Sequence record: MK250027.1
DNA: 64,000 nt
Strand: one strand, 5' to 3'
The number at the start of each line of letters is the position of its first letter. Position 1 is the stretch's first letter. Below, piece after piece: positions 1-9,770 of the stretch. The translations under genes were made by a program, and so were the position numbers. A model generated the notes under the pieces. That model saw only the letters and a program-made list of their open reading frames with translations. It was not told the origin of the DNA and made no database searches.

Positions 1-444
1 CTCATGTAATTTTATATTATTAATAATATCAATAAGTTCAGATTTACTGAATTGCTCTTTACATGTTCTATTAATTGCTTCAATAATCATTAATTGATTA
101 AACTTAGATGTTGCCATTGATGCACATAGTGGTAATATTTTCTCCAATCTATAACCAAAAAATGAATCTGTTTCTGGTGTATCAAAATCCGTAATAACAA
201 GAGATATTTCATCTGACTGGACATATGCGAATTTACATCCTTGTATACATTCACATAAATATCTTGCGGTTTCATTCATAATATTAATGAATGTATCATC
301 AAATGGTTTCTTGAAATATTTTTTAATGGTTGATGAAAATGATCTACCGTCTAACATAACCATTACATAACTATTTGGCATTAACTTATAATCTGTTAAA
401 CCACGAAGATATAGCATTCTATCTTCAATATTCTTAAATTTCAT
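1..444 (-). CDS. tRNA(His) guanylyltransferase Thg1-like 3'-5' polymerase (partial, runs off left edge)
   Basis: Manual translation from ATG 444: MKFKNIEDRMLYLRGLTDYKLMPNSYVMVMLDGRSFSSTIKKYFKKPFDDTF...AYVQSDEISL...FGYRLEK...ASMATSKF. Matches the Thg1 motifs DGxxF, KPFD and QSDEIS. Absent from the ORF track because there is no stop in the window. Confidence 0.9.
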   Translation of the reverse strand, partial: MKFKNIEDRMLYLRGLTDYKLMPNSYVMVMLDGRSFSSTIKKYFKKPFDDTFINIMNETARYLCECIQGCKFAYVQSDEISLVITDFDTPETDSFFGYRLEKILPLCASMATSKFNQLMIIEAINRTCKEQFSKSELIDIINNIKLHE

Positions 445-531
445 AATTATACAAATATAATAAAAGGATATTATCAAATAAATCAAATATTTGGTAATAT
501 CCTCATGTTATTAAAAATTAAATATTCATTA

Positions 532-768
532 TTAATATACAAATTGAATCTTTGATTCAGCCATATTTGTGATACGCCATGAGAACATAGTACCACTCAT
601 TTGCTCAGTTACCTTATGTTCACAATTTGTAACATTTGTAGCCTCAACAAGATGCACTTCCTTAATTTTCTTAGGCTTACCATTATCTGGATTTTCTCCA
701 TCAATAACAACAGTACACATATAGAACTTATTGCCTTCTGATGGTTGCATTACTTTCATGTCTTCCAT
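532..768 (-). CDS. DUF4494-like small protein (Bacteroidota family)
   Basis: Pattern NGKPKKIKEVHLVEATNVTNCEHKV resembles DUF4494 (NGxxKKVxExYLVDAxSxTEAExR), recognised by eye. Confidence 0.55.
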   Translation of the reverse strand: MEDMKVMQPSEGNKFYMCTVVIDGENPDNGKPKKIKEVHLVEATNVTNCEHKVTEQMSGTMFSWRITNMAESKIQFVY

Positions 769-810
769 AAATTAAACAATTAAATTTGATTTTTTACTTC
801 TTGCTTATCC

Positions 811-963
811 TTCTTAGTTTTAGTTTTTAAATTAATTATTTTTAAAAACCTATGTTTCTTGTTTCATAGACACACTACTTTTTAGTATAGTTATTATTTA
901 TAACTTCTGTCATCCATAGTTAGTATCTCCACAAGCGTAAATTCGGTAAAACTCAACCCTATT
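811..963 (-). mobile_element. Orphan TnpB right-end/omegaRNA-like scaffold with no tnpB
   Basis: Shares ATAGGGTTGAGTTTTACCGAATTTA(C/A)GCTTGTGGAGATA, TATGAAACAAGAAA(C/T)ATAGGTTTTTA and AAAAACTAAAACTAWGAAG with the 3' flank of tnpB at 32438-32562. Confidence 0.75.
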
Positions 964-1278
964 TTAAACTATTAAATTTAATTTTTTCTCTTCTTGCTTA
1001 TCATTTTTATTCTTCATATTCTTTCTACTTTCAAAAAGTTTCTTATCATATGGACTTAATTCCCTACAATTAGCACATATAAAAACTTTCAATGGAACTT
1101 GTGTAGTTTCTGAACCTTGACCAATAAGCATGCCAGGAACTTTCTTAAAAATAATACCAGGTATAAAAACCTCACATCCACAATTTGGACATACTTCTGA
1201 AGGATAATCTAACGGATTTACCGCTGGCATATTTGCATTAGTACCAGCGGCATTTCCAAATAGTTTGCTATTTTCCAT
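964..1278 (-). CDS. Zinc-ribbon hypothetical protein
   Basis: CPNC...CANC pairs; ends TAA; start overlaps the upstream stop. Confidence 0.75.
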   Translation of the reverse strand: MENSKLFGNAAGTNANMPAVNPLDYPSEVCPNCGCEVFIPGIIFKKVPGMLIGQGSETTQVPLKVFICANCRELSPYDKKLFESRKNMKNKNDKQEEKKLNLIV

Positions 1279-2387
1279 TAGTCAACTTTATTTTCTTCTT
1301 TTTCTGCATCAGCTGCAGCTTCTTCAGCCTCACGACGTGCAATAACAGCATCACGTTCATCAGATGGTACATCTGACAAAATTACACGATTCTTCTCAAT
1401 CTTATGTACATATACCTGTACATTTGCACCTGCAGGAATTTCATTATTTCTCATTGCCTCGCGAGTCTCATCCTTTACAAGTGTCTTATGCAACATACCT
1501 GTAATAAACTCGTCAAGCTCGACGAACACACCAAATGAGGTTGTACCTGTTACTTTACCCTCAAATACATGGTCCTTATCATTCTCCAACAAATCCTCAA
1601 GTTCACGAAGCTTGACTGGAAGCATTGTTCTCAAGAACTTCTTACGTGATACAACAAAACCATAATTTGGATCATAAGATTCAATCATAACCTCAAACTT
1701 AGTACCAACCATGCTCTCAAAATCAGTTACACGGTTAGCTGCTGCCATTGAACCAGGCATAAATGCCTTAACCGTATTCATAATATCAACAACAAATCCA
1801 CCCTTATTAGTAGACAAAATTGTTGCGTAATATGCCTTAGACTTCTTGGTAATCTGTTCCTTCATCTCTCTCTCAAGAGTTTCAACATAACCATTCCAGA
1901 TAGACGCTTTCTCAACATCACCCTCTGTAATCTTAGCATTCAAATCCATACCAAGAAGTTGTTCCTTAAACTTAGGGTCCTTCAATGCGGTTACAAACAT
2001 ATCCTTATCCATTGTCTTATCATCACCGACATTGAACTGATTAAAGAACTGATGTTCCTTATTAAGATCAACGATAACATTGTTAGAACCACCATTAATT
2101 GTCAACATCAATGTATCATCATCAATAGGATCAATATCAGAAATATGCACAAGTGCATTCTTAATAAGTTCCTTACTACCAATTACATGAACATTTGCAT
2201 ATGCATCATACAAATCCTGTGCATAAGATTCATGACTATAAACTTTCTCGTTATTCTTTGTCTTAATATTCTTATTTACCTTAAGTGAAGTACCATTCCA
2301 TCCATCATCATATGGACTCCAATCAAATGAACCCGGTGTTGGTTCGCCCCATTCATAACGTTGGGTCAACTCATTAAATTTCGCCAT
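1278..2387 (-). CDS. Ribosomal protein bS1-like protein (two S1 domains)
   Basis: Two S1 repeats: ATILSTNKGGFVVDI..AFMPGS..FVVSRK and FEGKVTGTTSFGVFVEL..GMLHK. Confidence 0.85.
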   Translation of the reverse strand: MAKFNELTQRYEWGEPTPGSFDWSPYDDGWNGTSLKVNKNIKTKNNEKVYSHESYAQDLYDAYANVHVIGSKELIKNALVHISDIDPIDDDTLMLTINGGSNNVIVDLNKEHQFFNQFNVGDDKTMDKDMFVTALKDPKFKEQLLGMDLNAKITEGDVEKASIWNGYVETLEREMKEQITKKSKAYYATILSTNKGGFVVDIMNTVKAFMPGSMAAANRVTDFESMVGTKFEVMIESYDPNYGFVVSRKKFLRTMLPVKLRELEDLLENDKDHVFEGKVTGTTSFGVFVELDEFITGMLHKTLVKDETREAMRNNEIPAGANVQVYVHKIEKNRVILSDVPSDERDAVIARREAEEAAADAEKEENKVD

Positions 2388-2456
2388 TAAATATTCGTTT
2401 TTAAAAAATTAAACTTAAAATTATCAAAAATTAAAAATTATTAAATATTAAATTAA

Positions 2457-3335
2457 TTACTGTTGTACTGTTGAAAGAACAGTAAATGATGTTTGATCAG
2501 TTGATTCAATTCTTACCTTTTGCTTTGAATCATTAGGTAATGTAATAATAATACTCTCTGCATCACCTTTAAGATTTACTGCTGTAAAGAAATTACTTCT
2601 GTAAATAGGTATTGCATTTTCTGCACCTGTACCATCTTTCAAGAAACCAAGCAAATAATCATAAGATTCATTTGTATCATCATACGCATAAAGTGCCCAT
2701 TTGCCTGTACCTTCATCAATCTTTGTATAGAACTTAATAATATCTTTCTTTGCATCTGTAACAAAAATAGAAGAAATATTAGTAAGATTCTTCAATACAT
2801 TCATTGAAATCTCAAATGACATAGGATTTGCAATAACATTAATTCTATCAAAGAAAAGTTCATCTGATACTTGTTCAAACTCAGATATATTGCAATCCTT
2901 TACCTTCATTGTATTTGTACGAGATTTAAGTCTAATAGACTGTGCATGGAACTCATCTCCTACATGTCCCTTATAAACATCAAAATCTACATTCAATTGA
3001 AAATCTGTATCCTTGAAAATATCGATAACGGAAATAAATCGTGGAAGAATCATAAAGATACCAATCTTAATTCTTACATTATATTTCTCATTCCATTCAT
3101 CAAGAGAATATGCAACATTATCATTATCTCTGATATTCAAAATTTCCAATCCAGCATTTTCAAAAGAAATCTTTGCATATTTAACTACAGTATGATCTGC
3201 AGTAAAACCCTTTGAAACAAAGCATTGTTCTTTCAAATCACATTCTATGAGAAGTGAACTTTGGATTTCCTTAAAGGCTTTCAACCATGTAGAAAATCCT
3301 GCAGTTGTTCCTTTATTCTTAAATACTAAATTCAT
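2457..3335 (-). CDS. Hypothetical protein, possibly sliding-clamp-like
   Basis: Clean 292-aa ORF; alternating alpha/beta pattern and size compatible with a PCNA/gp45-type clamp (weak). Confidence 0.6.
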   Translation of the reverse strand: MNLVFKNKGTTAGFSTWLKAFKEIQSSLLIECDLKEQCFVSKGFTADHTVVKYAKISFENAGLEILNIRDNDNVAYSLDEWNEKYNVRIKIGIFMILPRFISVIDIFKDTDFQLNVDFDVYKGHVGDEFHAQSIRLKSRTNTMKVKDCNISEFEQVSDELFFDRINVIANPMSFEISMNVLKNLTNISSIFVTDAKKDIIKFYTKIDEGTGKWALYAYDDTNESYDYLLGFLKDGTGAENAIPIYRSNFFTAVNLKGDAESIIITLPNDSKQKVRIESTDQTSFTVLSTVQQ

Positions 3336-3640
3336 TATTAAATTATGTTAAAATTAAACGTTTATAATTATTAGATATTTAACTTAATAACAACATATAC
3401 AAACTTTATAATATATGTGAAGTTAACCTAAGAAACTATATTATAATATAGAAGATAATTATCTAAATCTTATCTTATCTTTTTTTTAAAAATATAAATT
3501 AATTTAAATTCTATATGCATAATTTATAAACTAAATTCTTCCAATGACTTAAATTTATAAATACATAATGTATATAAAATAAATATATTCATATTTTAAT
3601 ATTTTATTTATTATATTGATTAACTTATAAAAAGTTTATA

Positions 3641-4663
3641 TTAAATTCTTGAAAAATTTTTAATAATTGAATTTATACGTTTTGTATGTTTTAATTGTTG
3701 TTGTGTAGTTGGCCATTTAGTATATCCTCTGCTAAACCATGTATGAACAGCAATTAAATTTGTATCATAAAATTCATTTTTAATATCATTGCTATATATC
3801 GCTGATGTTAATCCCGATAAATCAAATGTACAATTATTTTTTACAAAATCTGAATCATATAAATCTGTACCAAACAAATAATATATAGGTGTATCAGATA
3901 AAATTACTAATGCTTGCTACAATATATAATATGGTTCAAAATTAGGTTCTTCTTCATCTTTATAACTATATGGAATTTGATGGGGTTCAATTTTATTATC
4001 AGGATCATCTCTTACTGTTTTACAATAAGGTGTCTCATGATTTGGTAAATCAACTCTTGTTTCTCGAAATATCTTTGCATTAGAAATCATTTTCATTGAT
4101 TCTCCATTCATATACTTATATAAATCTTTATCTTTATTGTTTATTAATTTATTGATAAATTCTTTATATAAAGTATTAGGATTTTTCTCAAATTCGTTTG
4201 ATATATATGTAATTATATTATTAAAAGAAATATTTTTATCTCTTAATAATTTAATATTCCAAAAACTTAAAAAAGTATTAATCATAAAACGACTATGATT
4301 CCTATGACAAAATACCCCACCATCTTGAGGACCTGCTATACAACAACCACTTTGTACAAAATTCTTAAATTCTTTTATTAAAGATTCAAAATCATTAATA
4401 AAACAATCCTCATCTATATAAATTACATAATCAAAATTTTTATTAGATAACATATAACTAAACATTAATAAAAATGCATCTAACCCATAAAATGGCTTGT
4501 TATCTTTTATACCTGGAATAACCCAAAAATTTTGAATAGGTATATATTCTATATATGTCTTTAATGACGGTATTAACAATGAACTAGGTAAACATATTGA
4601 ATTTGTTACAAAGCATACTTTATTCTATGATAACCATGTTTTAATCTCTACTATATTATCCAT
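3641..4663 (-). CDS. Glycosyltransferase-like protein (TAG read-through, 340 aa)
   Basis: ORF-track pieces 3917-4579 and 3641-3877 are in frame and joined by a TAG; ATG at 4663 (MDNIVEIKTWLSQNK); DxD-type motif YIDED. Confidence 0.75.
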
Positions 4664-4715
4664 TTAAATAAAATTAAATTATTGTATATATTTTACTTTA
4701 AATTAATAATAAAGT

Positions 4716-5024
4716 TTACAATGTTGATATATTAAAGCCACAATAACTCAATAAAATTACTATACGGATAAAATCTTGCATTTTAACATTTTCAAAATCT
4801 TTAACTTGCTCAAGATGTATCTTTAATAATTTTATATCTAATGGTTTATTTTCCTTATATAGTTTATATACATAATCATAACATATTTCAAAAAGTTCTT
4901 TTTCACTTTTAGGCATATCACCATTAAGAATAGTATTCTTCATTTCTAAAGAATAATGGTCAAAGTCCATTTTCTCAAGGGACTTTGACCATTCATTAAA
5001 ATCTTGTTTATTTGTTGTGTTCAT
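4716..5024 (-). CDS. Hypothetical protein
   Basis: ORF in a tightly packed operon, TAA stop. Confidence 0.7.
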   Translation of the reverse strand: MNTTNKQDFNEWSKSLEKMDFDHYSLEMKNTILNGDMPKSEKELFEICYDYVYKLYKENKPLDIKLLKIHLEQVKDFENVKMQDFIRIVILLSYCGFNISTL

Positions 5025-5733
5025 AATACTTTCTATACTCTTTGTATAATTTATCTATAATCAATTGGTTATCTAAATTTTCAATATGAATTTCATTTAC
5101 CATTGCACATAATTTCCATAATTCATATTGATTAATACCAGATTTTTCATAATCATGATACCATGTAGTTTCAGGAAACATCCATCCATCATCCTCGCCA
5201 ATACCAAATATATGAATATCATTATGTAATTTATCTATAATTAATGATACACCACCATATGATTGACAATGACTATTATATGTAAAATGGTAAAGTCTTA
5301 TAGAAGCTTCATCATAAAACCCTTTATCATAACAACCAAATGAATCCATCATATTACCTAAATAACACGGATCATAATCATATTCATATTTAACTTCTGC
5401 TAAATCATTATACCAACGTGGTTGTCGATTTTTAATAACACCTATTTGAATAAGTTTATCTTCAATATCCTTATTATAAGGCCAATATTGCCATAAACAA
5501 TTGCATCCATAATGAGTTAATTCAGCAAATTTATATATATCATTCTGAATACATTCAAAGAATGGTGCATATTGCGTTTTATCTATATTATTTTCTTCAA
5601 AATATTTAAGATCATAACCACAACAACTACCATCTGCATCGGCAAGTAAATCTTCTTTCTGTTTATCAGATAATTCAGTTTTATTAAATATATATGGTAA
5701 CCATTCAGAGCCTTTATTATAATCTAGAATCAT
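5008..5733 (-). CDS. Hypothetical protein
   Basis: 241-aa ORF overlapping both neighbours. Confidence 0.75.
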   Translation of the reverse strand: MILDYNKGSEWLPYIFNKTELSDKQKEDLLADADGSCCGYDLKYFEENNIDKTQYAPFFECIQNDIYKFAELTHYGCNCLWQYWPYNKDIEDKLIQIGVIKNRQPRWYNDLAEVKYEYDYDPCYLGNMMDSFGCYDKGFYDEASIRLYHFTYNSHCQSYGGVSLIIDKLHNDIHIFGIGEDDGWMFPETTWYHDYEKSGINQYELWKLCAMVNEIHIENLDNQLIIDKLYKEYRKYYEHNK

Positions 5734-5984
5734 ATGGTACCTCCTTTCTTTATTAATATAGGTTTATAATAATCCTGAAAAAATTCAGGACATGCTAAAG
5801 GATTAAATTCATTAGCTTTACGTAAATCTATATTTTCCCTTACATTTTTACAAAAAGGTTTAAGTACAGAAATTATATCATCTTCAAATATCTTTTCGCC
5901 TGTATTAATATCAACTAAACCAGTCCATGCAACATCTGATCTTTCAGATACCCATTGATTATTTTTATTTAGCCATGTTCTCAT
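5730..5984 (-). CDS. YopX-like phage protein
   Basis: WTGLVDINTGEKIFEDDII resembles the YopX motif TGLKDKNGxEIYEGDI. Confidence 0.6.
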   Translation of the reverse strand: MRTWLNKNNQWVSERSDVAWTGLVDINTGEKIFEDDIISVLKPFCKNVRENIDLRKANEFNPLACPEFFQDYYKPILIKKGGTI

Positions 5985-6106
5985 TGTATAATTATCTTTT
6001 AGTTTTACATTTAATTATACAAGATATTGAATAGAACAATAAATATATATATTCTATCCAATATCAGGCAGCCAGTTTCATTTATAGTTTGAAACAAACT
6101 TTTTAT

Positions 6107-6244
6107 TTATCGTACATCACCAGTAAAAATTGCCCATATAAACTGAAGTACCATTCCGATAACTCCAAATACTACAGGAATAATTACACATGCAAGTGCA
6201 AATACAGCAATCGCTATGATGATACCAAGTAAAAACATTATCAT
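6107..6244 (-). CDS. 45-aa hydrophobic membrane peptide
   Basis: MIMFLLGIIIAIAVFALACVIIPVVFGVIGMVLQFIWAIFTGDVR; directly downstream of the promoter motif at 6292-6302; below the ORF-track cutoff. Confidence 0.65.
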   Translation of the reverse strand: MIMFLLGIIIAIAVFALACVIIPVVFGVIGMVLQFIWAIFTGDVR

Positions 6245-6340
6245 AATCTTTATATTTAAATTGTTAATATTTATGTTTATTATTTACATTACAAAGATAC
6301 ATAATATTTTCCTAAATAAAAAATATATTACCTAAAATTA

Positions 6341-6874
6341 TTAAGAATTTAAATAATTATGAAATGAACCATCATCAGAATCTCCAATAAGATTGTTCAA
6401 TACATGCCAATACTCAAGATAACGCTTTGCTTTCTCCATATCCTGTGTTTCTTTCTCCTTATGGTCAGATCTCCAAATATACTTAAATGAATTCAACTTA
6501 CAGAAATCCATTGTTGCTTGTTTTCCAAATGTCTGAAGCATAGCTTCTATACATTGTAAGCCATTACCACCAGCGCCATAATGATTTGGATGTTCAACAA
6601 CATTCAAATTCTGTGTACTAAAAATAGGATTTAATTTTGTCTTATGTAATTGTAAATGTGCAGGTTCATCCTTAAATACAATCTTCTCATAATTCAACGG
6701 TTCTCTATTCTATTCAGCTACATTATCACTAATAGGTTCACCACATTTCTCGTCATTATCTGTTGCAACTTCATCGGTTCTATTAGAAACAAATACAATA
6801 TCTTTATCATCCTTTGTACGTGTAGGTTCACCATATACAGGTTCCTATGTACGAGTTTCCTTATTATAACTCAT
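6341..6874 (-). CDS. DUF3310-domain protein (2 TAG read-throughs)
   Basis: VEHPNHY...CIEAM...FCKLNSFKYIWR..HK...DMEKAKRYL; frame extends through two TAGs to ATG 6874. Confidence 0.8.
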
Positions 6875-6919
6875 ATTATATCAATTAGTTTTCATTTATA
6901 ATTATACAGTAAAAATAAA

Positions 6920-7390
6920 TCATTGTTTAATAGATTTTAACGAAATTAATGTAGTTCCAGATAAATCTATTAAATCTTTTTCTTTTGATGAAAAATCTAA
7001 TATATGTTGTGTATGAGTTTCTTTAATTATACCATCGTTTTCCTATATAGGTTCAGGTTCAATTAAATAAGATAACTATTCATTATTATCTTTTTTATGT
7101 ATCATATATAATGTATTCTGTTCTAACGCATCTTCTATTGAAAGTTCTTTAGTTGAACCATCAGCAAAATATGTTACGCTTGGTATTGGTGCATCTAAAT
7201 CATAATACGTCTAAATAATATCATATTTAGACGTATCTATATCATTTATACTTTTAATATTAGTTAAATCATCTTCATCATTATTTTCATCTACAATATC
7301 TGACGTAATATCATTAACTCCTGTAAATTTTACTAATAGACAAAGAATAACAAAAAAACCTATACTTATTGATATTACTGGATCTATCAT
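6920..7390 (-). CDS. N-terminally membrane-anchored hypothetical protein (3 TAG)
   Basis: Continuous 156-aa frame only when TAG is sense; N-terminal TM segment ISISIGFFVILCLLV. Confidence 0.7.
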
Positions 7391-7419
7391 AATCTCTTAT
7401 TTTATTAAATTAATAATTA

Positions 7420-7653
7420 TTATTTACTCTCAAAATTAATAGTTGATACATCTTCCACTTTTTCTTTTAAACTATCAACTGTTATTGTATGTGTATTCTG
7501 TTGCTCTTGTAATGAGTCTACAATGAATTCCTGTGTTTGCTTAATATGCTTTAGCTTCTCTTCATAATCAATACGGAGACGATTTGCAATTACAAGCATC
7601 ATTATAAATCCTAATACAAATAAAACAATAAATACTGTTACTATTATATTCAT
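7420..7653 (-). CDS. Small membrane protein with coiled-coil tail
   Basis: Hydrophobic N-terminus; TAA stop. Confidence 0.65.
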   Translation of the reverse strand: MNIIVTVFIVLFVLGFIMMLVIANRLRIDYEEKLKHIKQTQEFIVDSLQEQQNTHTITVDSLKEKVEDVSTINFESK

Positions 7654-7770
7654 ATTATTTTCTAATTAAAATTTTACTTTTTATTTATAGTATATTAAAT
7701 CAATAAAGTTTATATATTAAAATAAAAAATGGATAGATAGTTAAACGAAAAAACTATCTATCCATCATAA

Positions 7771-8808
7771 TTATGCTTGATACGAATACTTGTCAAACAA
7801 TGATTCAATATTAGAGGGATGCACAGCATTTATGCCGATTTCATTGCATTTTTTCAATGTATCATGGAAATCATCTATAAGACATACATCCTTAACATTC
7901 CACTTCATTTTATGAGCAAACTGCTCAATAAAAACGTGCTTATAATTTTTATTTCCGACAAACATTCGGTTCTCAACAGGAATCTCTGGGAAATATTTAT
8001 CAAGCCATTCATTCTTCTCATTCCACGCTATTGAATTAGCACATGCAGTCACAATATAAACATTCTTCATGTCATAATGTTTCTTAACAAAATCAATGAT
8101 ATGTTTAACAGGCTTCAAATTTTTAAATAGTTCGCTACTTACAAAATCTGAATTTCCGTTAATATCAAGTTTTGCCTTGCCATAACAAGCTAATGTACCA
8201 TCCATGTCAAGAAGTAAATACTTATTGGTAAAATAATCAACGCGAATGAATTCATCTACCAATGGGATGTACTTATTCTTACATGCTTCAATACGTAAAT
8301 TTTTCTTATAAATATCTTCAATTGGAACTTTACGAGTTCTTCCTTGAAGTCTATTTATACAAACTTCTACAGGAGTATCAAAGAATATACAAGTAATCTT
8401 ATCTACATTTTTATTTCTTAAATAATCTATAATACTAAGATTATAATGATTATTAATTCCACCGCCGTCAAGAATAACATTACAATTAATCTTTGAACTA
8501 TCTGCAATAGCAAAAATTATTTTTCGTGTTATTTGAACCGACTCTTCATGAACAACTTCCGGATGTTCATCAGTATAACCTTTTAACAATGGTTTAATTT
8601 CATCAGCAGAAATTACTATTGTTTCATTTATACAAAGATTATCTTCAATTGTCTGAATAATTTTATCTAAATTACATTCATCAAATGGTTTATCTAAAAT
8701 AGATGTTAACCATTCAATGAGATGCAAAATATTTGGATAATTCTCTTGAAGATATGTACTTTTACCAGATGCAGGCAAACCGAGGAAGTACGAGAACTTA
8801 CTGATCAT
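7771..8808 (-). CDS. Polynucleotide kinase/phosphatase-like protein (AAA_33 P-loop kinase + HAD)
   Basis: GLPASGKST Walker A; LLDMDGTL HAD motif I; LIDD motif IV. Confidence 0.85.
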   Translation of the reverse strand: MISKFSYFLGLPASGKSTYLQENYPNILHLIEWLTSILDKPFDECNLDKIIQTIEDNLCINETIVISADEIKPLLKGYTDEHPEVVHEESVQITRKIIFAIADSSKINCNVILDGGGINNHYNLSIIDYLRNKNVDKITCIFFDTPVEVCINRLQGRTRKVPIEDIYKKNLRIEACKNKYIPLVDEFIRVDYFTNKYLLLDMDGTLACYGKAKLDINGNSDFVSSELFKNLKPVKHIIDFVKKHYDMKNVYIVTACANSIAWNEKNEWLDKYFPEIPVENRMFVGNKNYKHVFIEQFAHKMKWNVKDVCLIDDFHDTLKKCNEIGINAVHPSNIESLFDKYSYQA

Positions 8809-8813
8809 AACTA

Positions 8814-9752
8814 TTATAAATTAAATTGTTCTTTAATTTTATCCCATTTTCTATGTAATATATCAGAACATTGTATAGCATAATTATATAATTTAATAAC
8901 ATCATTTTTCCTTGAAAAATATGCTTGTATACAACCATGATTATCTATACGAAGATGAAAATTAATATTATAATACTAATCAATAATATCAAATAATTCA
9001 ACATATAATGGTTTCCAACTAATATGATTACTTATTGATATTGATATACCTGTTCTTGATTTTGAAATACAACCATCACCATCTAAAAACCCTATTAAAA
9101 AATATATTAAATACGTTTTATCATAGAATATAGAAATATTTGGTGAATTATATGTTTTCTACTTATCAATCAGATTAAATATTTTTTTCCATTTTTCACA
9201 AAAACATTTATCTCCTATACGTATACTACAAGTTGTATATTTTCCAAAAGTTGAATCTGCTTCACGTTCTCGAATAGTAGTATTTAACCTATTAGCTAAT
9301 AACTAAAGATTATTTTTATCTCTATTTGAAATAGAAATAATAAATTCATTTTTTTGTGATATACAACCATCTGCTATAAAAAATCCCCACCAATAATAGA
9401 CTTCCTTATTATTTAAATTATTCATAAAACTTAAGTTTCCGTGTCTACGTCTATCTATATTATGAGGAAATTTCATACGTTCACACGCTTGAAATTGTAT
9501 AGCATTATAACTAAGAGTTGGAAATGCATCTAATAATTCCTATTTAGATGCATTATACCATAACTCTTTTAGTTTTGCATTATTTTCATCAGTCCATTTA
9601 AAATTACAATGTATTTGTAACTCATGTGCTTTTTTCTTTATAGCGCTTTTTGTTCTATTTGGTAATAAATTAATACATTCAGTTAATCCTGATATAGGAT
9701 AATACTATTTTAATATATTAATTTCATTTTCATTCCAAAATTTATACTACAT
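8814..9752 (-). CDS. Free-standing double-motif LAGLIDADG homing endonuclease with N-terminal Myb/SANT-like repeats (6 TAG)
   Basis: Code-15 translation, 312 aa: YYWWGFFIADGCI and YFLIGFLDGDGCI motifs; N-terminal WNENEINILKQYYP..LPNRTKSAIKKKA and KWTDENNAKLKELW; codon 2 is TAG. Confidence 0.85.
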
Positions 9753-9770
9753 AAAAAATATATTAATTTT

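Noticed and set aside
811-963. Riboswitch upstream of the DUF4494-like gene
   Set aside because: No known aptamer consensus was recognised; the similarity to the tnpB 3' flank explains it better.
3336-3640. Replication origin in an extremely AT-rich intergenic stretch
   Set aside because: No iterons or other distinguishing structure; similar AT content occurs in most intergenic regions.
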